Assembly (NCBI GenBank): GCA_030018415.1 | Contig: JASEGC010000001.1 | Coordinates: 129,971 to 193,970, forward strand | Source: Candidatus Aenigmatarchaeota archaeon | Lineage (GTDB): Archaea; Aenigmatarchaeota; Aenigmatarchaeia; CG10238-14 | DNA: 64,000 nt | Reading direction: 5' to 3' | In this document: positions 23,678-34,331 of the stretch, one piece after another | Layout of the letters: the number at the start of each line of letters is the position of its first letter | How positions within the stretch are numbered: the first letter of the stretch is position 1 | Notes under the pieces: generated by a model | Told to the model about the DNA's origin: nothing | Databases searched by the model: none | What the model saw: the letters and a program-made list of their open reading frames with translations, nothing else | Translations under genes and position numbers: made by a program

Positions 23678-26600
23678 ATGAAAACCAGGATCAATAAACT
23701 GAGCCTTCAAGGGTTTAAGTCATTCAGAAGAAGAGTATCTGTACCATTTTTCCCTGGTTTTAACGTTTTTTGTGGACCGAATGGGGTCGGAAAATGCCTT
23801 TTGGGGTCGATTTTAGTTCCTCTTCCAAACGGAGAATCTAAATCTATTAGAGAACTCGTTGAAAATGCATTATCTAAATCTAAGAACGTTAATAAGATCG
23901 ATGATGGGTTTTACACGTACGAGAACCCAGACAACATAAAAATACTGACATTAGACAGTTCATTCAAGTTAAGACCGAAAAAAGTTAAGGCATTTGTTAA
24001 AAGAAGCGCCCCTAATAAACTTTTGAAAATCTTAACGAGGTCTGGAAGGGAGATTATAGTCACACCATATCATCCTCTATTCTCGATTAACGATGGTAAG
24101 ATTAAATCGTTAAAAGCGGAGGAATTACAAAAAGATGTAAAAGTAGCAACTCCAAGAAAGCTACCTGTTTATGGACAAAGAAATAAGATAGACTTGATAA
24201 ACCTTTTCTCAAAAGAAGATGATGTTTACGTTCCATTTTCCTTAGAACTTAAAAAAGAAGTGGAGAAACTCTTGAATGAGTTTCCTTCATACAAAGACTT
24301 TTGTAAATCTGTTGGGATATCCTACCATACTATTAAAGGACTTTTAGATGGACAGTCTATAAAATACTATTCATTAGCAAAAATATTGCAAGCAAACGGT
24401 TATTCGAGAGAAAAGATTGAAGGTTTTCTGAAGAACATAAAACACAAAAAAACGAACAAAACAATAAGAATACCCGTTGAACTGAACGAGGATCTAGCAA
24501 GGTTTCTGGGATACTTAATTTCAGAAGGTTTATCGAGTATAAACAACCAACTTAGGTTTACTAACGAAGATCAATCCTTGATAAACGATATCTGTAATCT
24601 TTCTAATTCTTTGTTCCAAACTAAAACTCATGTTTATTCGTATAAAGGTTCTACTAAAGACTTGATAATATACTCAAAACCAGGTCAGATTTTCTTAGAA
24701 AGAGTTTTTGGAATCAAAGTTGGTAGTGATTGCAGGAGCAAAAACATTCCATCCATTATTTTTAAGTCAGACAAAAATATTATAGCACATTTCCTTGCTG
24801 GTCTTTTTGATGGAGATGGGTATTTACACCTTAGCTTTCATAAAAACAAGACACGATGTTACTTTAGGTATTCTACTGCGAACAGTAGGTTAGCAAAAGA
24901 TGTTTTTGATTTACTGCTAAGATTGAATCTACAACCCATAATAAGAAAAAAAGATAAGTATGCATCTAATACAAAAAAAAGGAAAAAAAAGGAATATTAT
25001 TCAATTTTTGTTTTTGGGGTGAAACAAACTAAAAAATTATGTGAGTTGATCCCTTTTAAGAGTTTAAATAAAAGAAGAATCAAAGAAGAGATTAAGACGA
25101 TCAATGTCAAGTATAACCCCAACCTTGATTTAATTCCTGGCATCAACAAATTAATCAAAAAAATCGTTAGAGAAGCAAGAGTTAGCGTCAAAGCTAATAA
25201 AAGATTGTGTCCAAAACTACAAGCATACTATGAAAATAAGTGTGAATGTAGTAGGAATGGTTTACTAGAAGTTCTAAGTTTCATCGAAGAAAAAGGTAAG
25301 ATAACAGAAAAAACTAGAAAGAAAATAGAGTATTTGAGAAATCTTGCTAAATCTGATATATACTGGGACGAGATAGTAGAAATTGAAGAGATTAAGCCAA
25401 AAAAAGAATGGGTATACGACCTTTGTGTTGATGAAACCCACAATTTTGTTGCTGAAGACTTAATAGTTCATAATAGTAACATATTAGATGCTATAAGCTT
25501 CGTTCTAGGCAGTGCATCAACAAAGGCTTTACGTGCTGGCAGACTGCATGAGTTGATATACCATGGCAACGGTGATATCCCTCCCTCAGATTACGCCTCC
25601 GTCACACTTTGGCTGGAGAATTCTGATAAATTATTCCCGTTCGAGGTTCCTGAAGTTGCGATAAAGAGGATAATAAACAAGAAAGGAATGAGCATCTTCA
25701 AGATTAACGGCAGGACAACGACGAGAGAAAAAGTGATAGAATTACTCTCATCTGCTCAAATTTATCCTGATGGTTATAATATCATCATGCAGGGCGACGT
25801 ATCACAAGTCATAGAGATGAATCCTCAGGAGAGAAGGGGTGTAATCGATGAAGTATCAGGCATAGCTTACTACAACGAGAAGAAAGAGAAAGCGCAGAAG
25901 AATCTTGAAAAAGTCGGAGAAAAATTGAAAGAAGTTGAGATCATCCTTACGGAAAGGCTGGAAAGATTGCAAGAACTGGAAACTGATAGGAATACTGCCT
26001 TAAGGTACAACGAATTACGAGAAAAATTGCAAACACTCGAGGCTTCCTTGGCGTACAAGAGATTCCAGATAGAACAAGAGAAGTACTCCAAGGTTGAGGA
26101 AGAAATAAAGGAATGTGAAGCTGACATTCTAAGAGTAGAAGATAATATCAGGAACATAGACAAAACGATAGAAATGAAAGAAAAGAGAAAAAAGGAGATA
26201 ACAGAGATAATCCTGATAAGGTCGAAGGAAGCCAGGATAAGGGAAGAAATTGAAGAGGTTAAGAACAAGATTCTGAGAAATGAGGATAAGATAGAATCTA
26301 TCCAGAGAGAGATTGAAAGGATAGATAAGACTATAGAAAGGCTGAGAACACTACAAGAAAGAAAACCTGTTCTGTTTAAAAGAGGAGTGAAAGCGATTTT
26401 AGACCTTAAAATTGCTGATGTTTTCGGGACAATCTCAGAATTGATAAAAGTCCCAAAAGAGTACCAGGCTGCGATAGAAGTGGCTGGTGGTTCCAGGCTT
26501 CAAAACTTAATCGTGAAAGATACTAAGACCGCGACTGATTGTATCGAATATTTGAAGAGAGAAAAAATAGGGAGAGCTACATTCTTGCCGTTGAACAGAA

Positions 26601-27856
26601 TAAAACCAAGAAAACTTAATCCAGAGCAAAAATCGCTATTGAAAAAACCTGGTGTCGTTGGGTTGATAACAAACATCATCAATTTCGATCGAAAGTATTC
26701 TCCCGCCATCGAATATGTTTTTGGGGATACTATAATAGTCGAAAACCTTGGCGTTGCCAGACAACTTGGAATCGGAAAAGTTAGGATGGTCACGTTGGAT
26801 GGTGACCTAGTAGAGAGATCAGGGGCGATGATCGGTGGTTACTACAAGAAGGAAGAGGTAACTGGCGGGTTTGATTTCGGAATAGAAGAATACGAGAACA
26901 ATAAGAAAGAACTTGAAGAAGAGATAAATTTCCTCAGGATTGAGATTGGACAATTGAATCGAAAGTTAGACGAGTTGAGAGCTAGCAAAGAATCAGAGTC
27001 AAAAGAAGTTCTAGACCTAGAGAGCGAGAAAATAAAGATAGATGAAGAGTTGGCAAAAATTGCACTGATAAGAAAAGAACTGTACGAAAAAAGACTTGAA
27101 TTACAGACTCAAGTGAACAGGCTGAAGATAAGCAACGCAAAAAAAGAGGCCGAGTTGAATAATCTAAAACTTGAAATGGAAAAGTACAAGGTAATCGAAT
27201 ACATCGATGGAAAGCCAGCCGTTCTTGAACTGCAGATTCAACAAACCATATCAACACTTAACTCATTAGGCCTAGTCAACATGAAAGCCATAGAAGAATA
27301 CGATGCGTTTAAGGGAGAATTCGAGGAGTTAAAGCACAAGTATGATCAAATCAAGAAAGAAAGAGATGCTATTGTGGATATGATTGAGAAGGTAGAAGGA
27401 AAAAGGAAAGAAGTGTTCTACGAATGTTTGAGAGTTATAGACAAGAATTTCAGAGAAATTTTCAGAGAGATTGCTGACGGGGAAGCTTCACTCGAGTTGG
27501 AAAATCCCCTGGATATAGAGAGTGGTTTGCTGATACAAGCCAACCCAGCAGGAAAGAGTTTATTGAACATAGATGCTATGTCTGGGGGGGAAAAAGCTTT
27601 GACTGCTCTGGCTTTCTTGTTCGCGATACAGAAGTACAAACCTGCTCCCTTCTACGTTCTCGACGAAGTTGATGCGTACTTGGATAAGGTCAACACTAAA
27701 AGAGTTGTGGAGATGATAAAAAAACTTTCTGAGAAAGAACAGTTCATAATCATAACGCACAATGATTACACGATTAAGCAAGGAGATCGTGTCTATGGTA
27801 TAAGTATGGAAAACGGAGAATCGAAGATACTTGGCTTGGAATTACCAGAGATGTAG
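23678..27856 (+). CDS. smc: SMC chromosome segregation ATPase containing an intein in the Walker A loop
   Basis: N-terminal LSLQGFKSF...FCGPNGVGK, long coiled coils, a hinge (GTISELIKV...), signature MSGGEKALTALAF and Walker B FYVLDEVDAYLD. Confidence 0.9.
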   Translation: MKTRINKLSLQGFKSFRRRVSVPFFPGFNVFCGPNGVGKCLLGSILVPLPNGESKSIRELVENALSKSKNVNKIDDGFYTYENPDNIKILTLDSSFKLRPKKVKAFVKRSAPNKLLKILTRSGREIIVTPYHPLFSINDGKIKSLKAEELQKDVKVATPRKLPVYGQRNKIDLINLFSKEDDVYVPFSLELKKEVEKLLNEFPSYKDFCKSVGISYHTIKGLLDGQSIKYYSLAKILQANGYSREKIEGFLKNIKHKKTNKTIRIPVELNEDLARFLGYLISEGLSSINNQLRFTNEDQSLINDICNLSNSLFQTKTHVYSYKGSTKDLIIYSKPGQIFLERVFGIKVGSDCRSKNIPSIIFKSDKNIIAHFLAGLFDGDGYLHLSFHKNKTRCYFRYSTANSRLAKDVFDLLLRLNLQPIIRKKDKYASNTKKRKKKEYYSIFVFGVKQTKKLCELIPFKSLNKRRIKEEIKTINVKYNPNLDLIPGINKLIKKIVREARVSVKANKRLCPKLQAYYENKCECSRNGLLEVLSFIEEKGKITEKTRKKIEYLRNLAKSDIYWDEIVEIEEIKPKKEWVYDLCVDETHNFVAEDLIVHNSNILDAISFVLGSASTKALRAGRLHELIYHGNGDIPPSDYASVTLWLENSDKLFPFEVPEVAIKRIINKKGMSIFKINGRTTTREKVIELLSSAQIYPDGYNIIMQGDVSQVIEMNPQERRGVIDEVSGIAYYNEKKEKAQKNLEKVGEKLKEVEIILTERLERLQELETDRNTALRYNELREKLQTLEASLAYKRFQIEQEKYSKVEEEIKECEADILRVEDNIRNIDKTIEMKEKRKKEITEIILIRSKEARIREEIEEVKNKILRNEDKIESIQREIERIDKTIERLRTLQERKPVLFKRGVKAILDLKIADVFGTISELIKVPKEYQAAIEVAGGSRLQNLIVKDTKTATDCIEYLKREKIGRATFLPLNRIKPRKLNPEQKSLLKKPGVVGLITNIINFDRKYSPAIEYVFGDTIIVENLGVARQLGIGKVRMVTLDGDLVERSGAMIGGYYKKEEVTGGFDFGIEEYENNKKELEEEINFLRIEIGQLNRKLDELRASKESESKEVLDLESEKIKIDEELAKIALIRKELYEKRLELQTQVNRLKISNAKKEAELNNLKLEMEKYKVIEYIDGKPAVLELQIQQTISTLNSLGLVNMKAIEEYDAFKGEFEELKHKYDQIKKERDAIVDMIEKVEGKRKEVFYECLRVIDKNFREIFREIADGEASLELENPLDIESGLLIQANPAGKSLLNIDAMSGGEKALTALAFLFAIQKYKPAPFYVLDEVDAYLDKVNTKRVVEMIKKLSEKEQFIIITHNDYTIKQGDRVYGISMENGESKILGLELPEM
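23795..25474 (+). mobile_element. Intein (560 aa) with LAGLIDADG homing endonuclease domain, inserted GPNGVGK/C...VHN/SNILDA
   Basis: Cys1 is at 23795. The intein ends in His-Asn at 25469-25474, with Ser as the +1 residue. LAGLIDADG motifs are LARFLGYLISEGL and HFLAGLFDGDGYL. Removal rebuilds GPNGVGKSN. Confidence 0.85.
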
Positions 27857-27857
27857 G

Positions 27858-28559
27858 ATGGTTAAAGTGGAAGAAGAAAACTTGTTGGAAATGATAATAA
27901 AAGAAGAGTCTTGGGAAGAATTGATATACAACATAGTTTCTTATGAGGGAATTGACCCGTGGGATGTTGACATCGTAAAATTAACTGATTCTTTCATAAA
28001 GTACATAGAAGGTTTAAAGTTTTTGGATTTTAGGATTCCTGCTAAAGTCGTTCTTGTCGCAGCAATTCTCCTGAAGTTGAAGTCAGACGTACTTTCTCCT
28101 ATAAAAGGAGAAGAGATGGAATATCTCCCAGAAGAAACCCTAACAGCAGATGAATTCGAACAGATAAGAGAAGAACTTTCAAGATTGACTCTAAAACCTC
28201 CTATCGAAATACATGTGAAAAGAAAAGTTATTTTGGATGAACTCGTAGATGCTTTGAAAAAAGCGATGAGGGTAGAAGAAAAAAAGGGGAAGATTAGGAA
28301 AAGGCTAGGAAAAAGGCTAAGGAGTGAAATCGGCGAAGAAATAGACATAGAAATAAGGATAAAGGATTTAATGTTTGAGATAGATAGGTTGTTGGCAAAA
28401 CTCAAATCGGATAAAGTTGAATTCTCAAAGATTGTGGAAAAATGGGAGAGAGACGAGATAGTAAAACAGTTTATGCCTTTACTCTATTTGTCCTGCAGAG
28501 GAAGGGTTAACACAGAACAGGAAGAATTTTTCAAGGAAATTTGGATTCAAAAGAAATGA
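27858..28559 (+). CDS. scpA: Segregation and condensation protein A (kleisin)
   Basis: The ATG lies 2 nt after the smc stop. WEELIYNIV...IDPWDVDIVKLTDSF matches the ScpA N-terminal pattern. Confidence 0.75.
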   Translation: MVKVEEENLLEMIIKEESWEELIYNIVSYEGIDPWDVDIVKLTDSFIKYIEGLKFLDFRIPAKVVLVAAILLKLKSDVLSPIKGEEMEYLPEETLTADEFEQIREELSRLTLKPPIEIHVKRKVILDELVDALKKAMRVEEKKGKIRKRLGKRLRSEIGEEIDIEIRIKDLMFEIDRLLAKLKSDKVEFSKIVEKWERDEIVKQFMPLLYLSCRGRVNTEQEEFFKEIWIQKK

Positions 28560-28789
28560 AAATATGAATATTCAGTGACAACTTACATACTTCGCAGGCT
28601 CAAATCCGACCTTCCACATAAAAATTATTTCTTTGCAAATCTTTCTGCCCTTTCGATTATTTTTTTTGGAGATAATATCTCTAATTTTATAGGTATTATA
28701 CGTGTTCTTGTTGAGCGGATTTTATTTTTAACAAAATTGTTTGAATGAAATTAGTTTAAGCCTTTTCCCAAGAACAAAAATCTATCTGA

Positions 28790-31384
28790 TTATTTGGATA
28801 ACTTTTTGATCAAGTAGTTTGCATTGATTTCAGTTATCCCCAATTCTTTTGCAACCTTCTTGTAATCATTACCGCAACTCTTTATTGTCTTTCTCAACTC
28901 ATCTTCGATTTCTTTCACTTGCAATATAGTCTCAACAACCTTGTCAGGATTAACGCCAATCGAGTCAAGATGTATGGTCAAGAATTTTATGAAATCCCTC
29001 CCAAGATCGCTTGGTGCTTGTCCACATATGCCTACAGTCCTAGGAGGACTCATGGAATGCGCTCCTTCACACAGCATCTCTATAGATTTCACTACTGCAA
29101 GGTTGGATTCATCGAACTCCCATGCCAGCACTTCACAGTCTCTGTCTATACCAAGAGTTAATTGAGTTAAGTCGTTACTTCCGATGCTGAAACCATCACA
29201 ATACTTGCTGAACTCTTTCGGAATTATGCAAATGCTTGGAATTTCAGCCATGAATATTATATCAGGTATTTTCAAACCTGCCTTCTTGAAAATTTCCTTA
29301 ATGTCTTTTGTAATCATCTCTGCTTCTGCTATCGTCCTAACGAACGGAACCATCGGAACAGCATTCGTCAAACCTAATTCATGAACTTTAACAAAAGCCT
29401 TTAATTCCAAGTTGAAAGCATCACGGAATAGTTTGCTAACATACCTTGATGCCCCCCTGAAACCAATCATCGGGTTGTTCTCTCTGAATTCTAGTTCAAT
29501 CTTTTTAACTTCTATCTTATCCGACTCACAGATTGGGCATTTCTTTTGCTCTTTTAAGGATATACTCCTACCACAACCACATTTTATCTCATAGTATGTT
29601 GCTCCTGGCAACGATCCATATTCGTTCGTCTTGAAATCACTGAACCTGACGATGATTTTACGTGGATAGAATGCACCTGCTATGATGGCAATACCAGTCT
29701 TTAACCTTTCCACATATTCTTCTGAAAGAGAGTTGATGAATGCGTACTTTTCTTTTATATCCTTGGCCCATCTGTCTGAACCTAGTTCATCAGCTCTCAA
29801 CGCAAAAACAGGATGCAATTCTGCACTCGATACAACAAACTCTATCCTGACTAATGAACTGCCTTGAGATGGTAATTGACTGGTGTTCAAAGCTTCATCA
29901 GGACTTCCTATATTTACCATGACTTTAGTAGCAGTCTTTGGAATTTCTTTCAACTCTACTTCTTGGATTTCAAACGGTATCTCACCTTTGTATATCCTTG
30001 CCTCACCAGATGAACAGTCCAACGTCACTATGTCACCATCTTGCATGTTAAGGGCACCAGTAACGCCTACAGCACAAGGTATACCCCTTTCTCTGGAAAC
30101 TATCGCTGCATGAGATGTCCTATTCCCTCTCTCACAGATTATCGCAGAAACTTTTTCTAAACTCATTACGACCTCCCAGTCTGGTGTGGTCATCGACGTC
30201 ACTAGTACAGGTTTTTTGCCCTTCTTGTTGTATGCTTCGACTTCTTCTCTAGCTTCTATATGGTCTTTAGCTTTAACAACAGGACCTGATGCTATCTTCG
30301 TCCCAACAGGTATACCAGTAAGGATTGGATCTGTTTTAGGTTTTTCTTTAAGTCTGAAAAGACTGAGGACTGTTCTAGTAGCATGAACTGTCTCTGGTCT
30401 GGCCTGTGTAATCCAAGCCTTTCCTTTTTCAATGGCAAACTCTACATCCATCGGTTTTCCATATGATTTTTCAATTTTTGTTGTATGTTCTGCGACTTGG
30501 TTTGCTTCATCGAACGTAAGAACTCTAGAATCACGTAAACCAGCAGGAGTGGTAATATTTTCTTTCCTTTTTTCATCGTAAACTAACATTTCTTTTTGTG
30601 GACTTTTTGGTGGTACAGTACCGAGTAACTTAACTTCCGGTTCTTTCATGAAAGCTGTCCATGAAGCAGTTTCCTTTCCCTGAACGATCATCTCCCCTAA
30701 ACCGTAGACAGCTTGGATAACACCAACATTACGGTTACCAGTATCAGGATCTATAGAAAAAGCAACACCAGCCTTCTCCGAATCTACCATGACTTGGACA
30801 GCAACAGATATGAGACCTCTCTTGAGTAGTTCAGATTCCGATAGATCTAAAATCTTTTTCTTACGTAGATTCTGTCTGTAATCTACAACCCTCCAACCGA
30901 ATGCAGAACCTATACATTTCAACACGTACTTGATCACGCTAGAATCTAACGGAACGTTCAAGTAAGTTTCAAACTGGCCGGCAAATGCGGCAGTAGCCAT
31001 ATCCTCAATTATGCCAGAACTTCTCACGGCAACTCTATGTCTGCCAACACGTTTTTTCATCATCTCGATCTTTTTCTCTAATGCCTCTAAGAGTTTTGGT
31101 TGTGTCTTTATGTTCTCAATAGTCTCTCTTATTTTTTCAGAAATCTTCATGGCTTCTTTCTCGTTGTCTTTAGATAATGCCTCATCCAACTTTTTAACGA
31201 GCTCTACGACATTCTTATCGTTTAGTAAAACCTTGGAGAATTCTGTAGTGACCATTATTGCATAAGGTACATTGTCTTTTCCCAATACCTTGAATAGTTT
31301 AGCTAAACTCGAACCTTTTCCTCCTGTTAATCTTCCATCAATAGCAGTAGGTTCTTCGATGCTAACAACCAGATTATCGCTCAT
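28790..31384 (-). CDS. ppsA: Phosphoenolpyruvate synthase-like (pyruvate, water dikinase family) with zinc-ribbon insertion and C-terminal HTH-like tail
   Basis: ATP-grasp N-domain (LTGGKGSSLAKL), phosphohistidine swivel (GNRTSHAAIVSRERGIPCAVG) and PEP-utilising TIM barrel (NPMIGFRGASRY, GSNDLTQL). Confidence 0.75.
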   Translation of the reverse strand: MSDNLVVSIEEPTAIDGRLTGGKGSSLAKLFKVLGKDNVPYAIMVTTEFSKVLLNDKNVVELVKKLDEALSKDNEKEAMKISEKIRETIENIKTQPKLLEALEKKIEMMKKRVGRHRVAVRSSGIIEDMATAAFAGQFETYLNVPLDSSVIKYVLKCIGSAFGWRVVDYRQNLRKKKILDLSESELLKRGLISVAVQVMVDSEKAGVAFSIDPDTGNRNVGVIQAVYGLGEMIVQGKETASWTAFMKEPEVKLLGTVPPKSPQKEMLVYDEKRKENITTPAGLRDSRVLTFDEANQVAEHTTKIEKSYGKPMDVEFAIEKGKAWITQARPETVHATRTVLSLFRLKEKPKTDPILTGIPVGTKIASGPVVKAKDHIEAREEVEAYNKKGKKPVLVTSMTTPDWEVVMSLEKVSAIICERGNRTSHAAIVSRERGIPCAVGVTGALNMQDGDIVTLDCSSGEARIYKGEIPFEIQEVELKEIPKTATKVMVNIGSPDEALNTSQLPSQGSSLVRIEFVVSSAELHPVFALRADELGSDRWAKDIKEKYAFINSLSEEYVERLKTGIAIIAGAFYPRKIIVRFSDFKTNEYGSLPGATYYEIKCGCGRSISLKEQKKCPICESDKIEVKKIELEFRENNPMIGFRGASRYVSKLFRDAFNLELKAFVKVHELGLTNAVPMVPFVRTIAEAEMITKDIKEIFKKAGLKIPDIIFMAEIPSICIIPKEFSKYCDGFSIGSNDLTQLTLGIDRDCEVLAWEFDESNLAVVKSIEMLCEGAHSMSPPRTVGICGQAPSDLGRDFIKFLTIHLDSIGVNPDKVVETILQVKEIEDELRKTIKSCGNDYKKVAKELGITEINANYLIKKLSK

Positions 31385-31457
31385 GCTTTCACCCTTTTTT
31401 ATGCCCTTTCAAATGCAAATAATATTATAACACGTATTTAAAAAATTTTCATTCATT

Positions 31458-32393
31458 TCATTCTAGAAATTCAACTTCATCTATGATCCCATCGGAATCT
31501 ACGTCAATGCCCTGAACAACTTTTGCTATAATATCATGTTTAACAGAATTTCCTTCCATGATTTTTTTCAGGTGTTTTATGAAAGCTAGTACAGCAGCTC
31601 TAGTTCCTTTGAACCCCTTACCAGAAAAAACGAGTATTTCTTTTCCATTAGAGAACGGGCTAGGTATTCGTGCTATAAAGCCACTCTGAGCTTCTCTGTA
31701 AACTGTCTTAGAAAGTGTAGATACGATATTCCATTCCAAGAATTCTTCTGAATAATCGAAGTATATCGGCAACTGCTTGTTGATCTTATCCGCTATGATA
31801 TTAGTCTTTGGACCACCAATGACTATCAAATTATTCTCAAAATCTTCTTTCTGAACTTGTGTGTCTAACTTATAATAAGGAATTTTCGATTCAACGATGA
31901 ATTGTCCCAAGAACATGCCCAAGTCTATCGCACAATAACCATCAGAGGCTGGGGCTTTATATTTTCCATGAGGATCTGGACTGCCCACAACGATTATCGA
32001 ATTGAGCTTGCCATCTTGTACGAAAGGTTTCAGGAATTTTAATTCTGCTGCTCTCGTTTTTATGTCGTTTATGCGTTCTCCGTCGAATAATTTGAAAGAA
32101 ACGACTGAAGAAATGGGAGAATATATCTTGGCAATCGCACCGACTCTCTCTTCCATGCTCACAACTTTTATTAAACCTAATCTTTCGAGATTTCTCATGT
32201 GATAATAAACTTTCTGTTCATGAACTTTCAGTCTTCTCGCTATGTCCATCGCACAAGCAGGCTGTTTTCCTAATTCTCTAATGATCTTTAATGCCAACTC
32301 ATTGCTCAGTACGGGAAGAAGCCTAGGGTTATCGATAAGGATAGTTTCGAATGCTCTCTGTCCCTCTTTCGTTTCCTCGACTAAAAATCTCAT
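31458..32393 (-). CDS. ArsR/TrmB-like winged-HTH regulator fused to a large C-terminal domain
   Basis: ACAMDIARRLKVHEQKVYYHMRNLERLGLIKV wHTH. The roughly 220-aa C-terminal domain is unrecognised and ends in the acidic DVDSDGIIDEVEF. Confidence 0.5.
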   Translation of the reverse strand: MRFLVEETKEGQRAFETILIDNPRLLPVLSNELALKIIRELGKQPACAMDIARRLKVHEQKVYYHMRNLERLGLIKVVSMEERVGAIAKIYSPISSVVSFKLFDGERINDIKTRAAELKFLKPFVQDGKLNSIIVVGSPDPHGKYKAPASDGYCAIDLGMFLGQFIVESKIPYYKLDTQVQKEDFENNLIVIGGPKTNIIADKINKQLPIYFDYSEEFLEWNIVSTLSKTVYREAQSGFIARIPSPFSNGKEILVFSGKGFKGTRAAVLAFIKHLKKIMEGNSVKHDIIAKVVQGIDVDSDGIIDEVEFLE

Positions 32394-32436
32394 GGATTAT
32401 AATTGAAATGTTAATATTATAAATTTAATTATAAGA

Positions 32437-34155
32437 TTACATTCTTTCAGGAGTCTCGATTCCCAAGAGGTTTAAGCAATTCTTCAACGTAGTCTTTGTT
32501 GCTTTCACGAGAGTTAACCTGAAGTTTCTCAATTCTTCTGTTTCTGCTTTTAATACAGGACAGACATGGTAGAATTCAGAAAAAATAGTAGCAAGCTCGT
32601 AGGCGTAATTACAGAGATAATGAGGTCTAAAATCTATTAAAGCTTTTTCCACCAAATCAGGAAATTCTGCAAGTTTCTTTACTAAGTTTTTCTCACTTTC
32701 AACAAGATTCTCATTCTTAATGTTTATTTTCCATTTTTTAGCTTTGTTCAATATACCGTTACATCTTGTGTGAGCATACTGTAAATAAGGGCCAGTGTTG
32801 CCTTCTAAACGCAATGCCTCTTTCCAATCGAAGACCAAAAGCTTATCACAACTCATACTCAACATTCCATACTTTAAAGCACCTATTCCAATTTTTTTAG
32901 CCAATTCCTGCTTCTTTTTCATGCTCATTCTTGGGTTTCTTTTTTCGACTTCTTTTAGAACTTTTTTCAATATCTTATCTCTTAGTTGAGTGTACAAAAC
33001 TACTGTTCCTAATCTTGAAGACATCTTTCCAGTCTTTAAAGTTACTAACTCATAAACTAGATGATAACTTTTTCCAGCACCAGAGGAACCAATTAATTCA
33101 AAAACTTTGAAAAGTTGTTGGAAGTATAATTTTTGTTCAGAACCGACGACGTGAATACATCTGTCGATCTTGAAATCGCCGAACTCTCTTTCTGCTAGGG
33201 CCAAATCCTTTGATTCATAAACAGGGTTGCCTTCACTTGTCAACAACAAAAAAATCCCTAAATCGTATTTTGATAGATCAATTATTATTGCACCTTCACT
33301 CAACCTTGCTACGCCCCTTTTAAGAAGTTCTTTAGATATCTCTACTGCTCTTTTTTCAACTTCACTCTCGAAGTAAAATTTATCGAACTTTGTTCCTAAT
33401 TCTTTGTATATTTTATCAAAATCGTCCAGACTCCATTTTCTTGTCATCTTCCATAGCTTTACTATTTCTTTATCTCTAGCGTACAGTTTGTTGTTGATTT
33501 CTCTGACTTCTCTGTTGACTCTTTCGTCATCTGAAAATTTTTTATTGACTTGAGCGTAAACCTCACCTATCCATTCTCCTTTATTTTCTTCTGGTGTTTT
33601 ACATTTGTACAAATTTATGAATCCCCATAAAGCCTTTGCAACGTGCGGACCTATGTCCCCTTGGTAGTTTGTCCTGAAAACTTTATGTCCAGTGAACTCC
33701 AGGATTCTTGATATGGATTCTCCTATGCTGATGTTCCTTAAATGACCTATGTGGAATCCTTTGTGAGTGTTTGGGTGGGCAAATTCAACCATGATTCTTT
33801 TTTTCTTACCGATGTCAGAGGAACCATAGGAATCTTTTTCTTTCAAAATTTTTCTCAGAACAACTCTGGTAATTTTTGAATAGTTGAAAAAGAAGTTGAT
33901 GTAACCAGCCTTTGCTTCTACTTTGCTCATCAACGAATCTTTTGGAATTTTGATTTTTTTTACAATTTCATTTGCGATATCCTGAGGTGATTTTTTCAGT
34001 TTTTTAGAGAGTGAGAAAGAAATGTTTGAAGCCAAATCTCCAAATTCTGGTTGAGGTGGTTTTTCAAAAGTCTCTTCTATTTTCTCGTCCTTAAGTAAAT
34101 CAATTCCTTTCAGTAGTAGAGTAATTTCTTTTTTGATTTTTTTAGTAAGGTTCAT
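32437..34155 (-). CDS. argS: Arginyl-tRNA synthetase
   Basis: HPNTHKGFHIGHLRN (HIGH), class I core, DALR anticodon-binding domain, and a terminal PERM. Confidence 0.9.
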   Translation of the reverse strand: MNLTKKIKKEITLLLKGIDLLKDEKIEETFEKPPQPEFGDLASNISFSLSKKLKKSPQDIANEIVKKIKIPKDSLMSKVEAKAGYINFFFNYSKITRVVLRKILKEKDSYGSSDIGKKKRIMVEFAHPNTHKGFHIGHLRNISIGESISRILEFTGHKVFRTNYQGDIGPHVAKALWGFINLYKCKTPEENKGEWIGEVYAQVNKKFSDDERVNREVREINNKLYARDKEIVKLWKMTRKWSLDDFDKIYKELGTKFDKFYFESEVEKRAVEISKELLKRGVARLSEGAIIIDLSKYDLGIFLLLTSEGNPVYESKDLALAEREFGDFKIDRCIHVVGSEQKLYFQQLFKVFELIGSSGAGKSYHLVYELVTLKTGKMSSRLGTVVLYTQLRDKILKKVLKEVEKRNPRMSMKKKQELAKKIGIGALKYGMLSMSCDKLLVFDWKEALRLEGNTGPYLQYAHTRCNGILNKAKKWKINIKNENLVESEKNLVKKLAEFPDLVEKALIDFRPHYLCNYAYELATIFSEFYHVCPVLKAETEELRNFRLTLVKATKTTLKNCLNLLGIETPERM

Positions 34156-34331
34156 CCAAACACTCCAAATTTAATTAGTCTTCCAATAGTAATAAGATTA
34201 ATCATTACTCCAAATCTATCAATAGGTCAATAGATTTAAAGATTAAAACATCAATTATAATCGATGAATAAGAGAACTACACCTTAATCCTAATCCTGCA
34301 TATTTTTTTCTAAACTTAAGGAGGTAATTTC

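Noticed and set aside
28590-28622. TTCGCAGGCTCAAATCCGACCTTCCACA as a tRNA 3' fragment or att site
   Set aside because: The T-loop-like CTCAAAT has only 2 bp of flanking complementarity, and no cloverleaf can be drawn.
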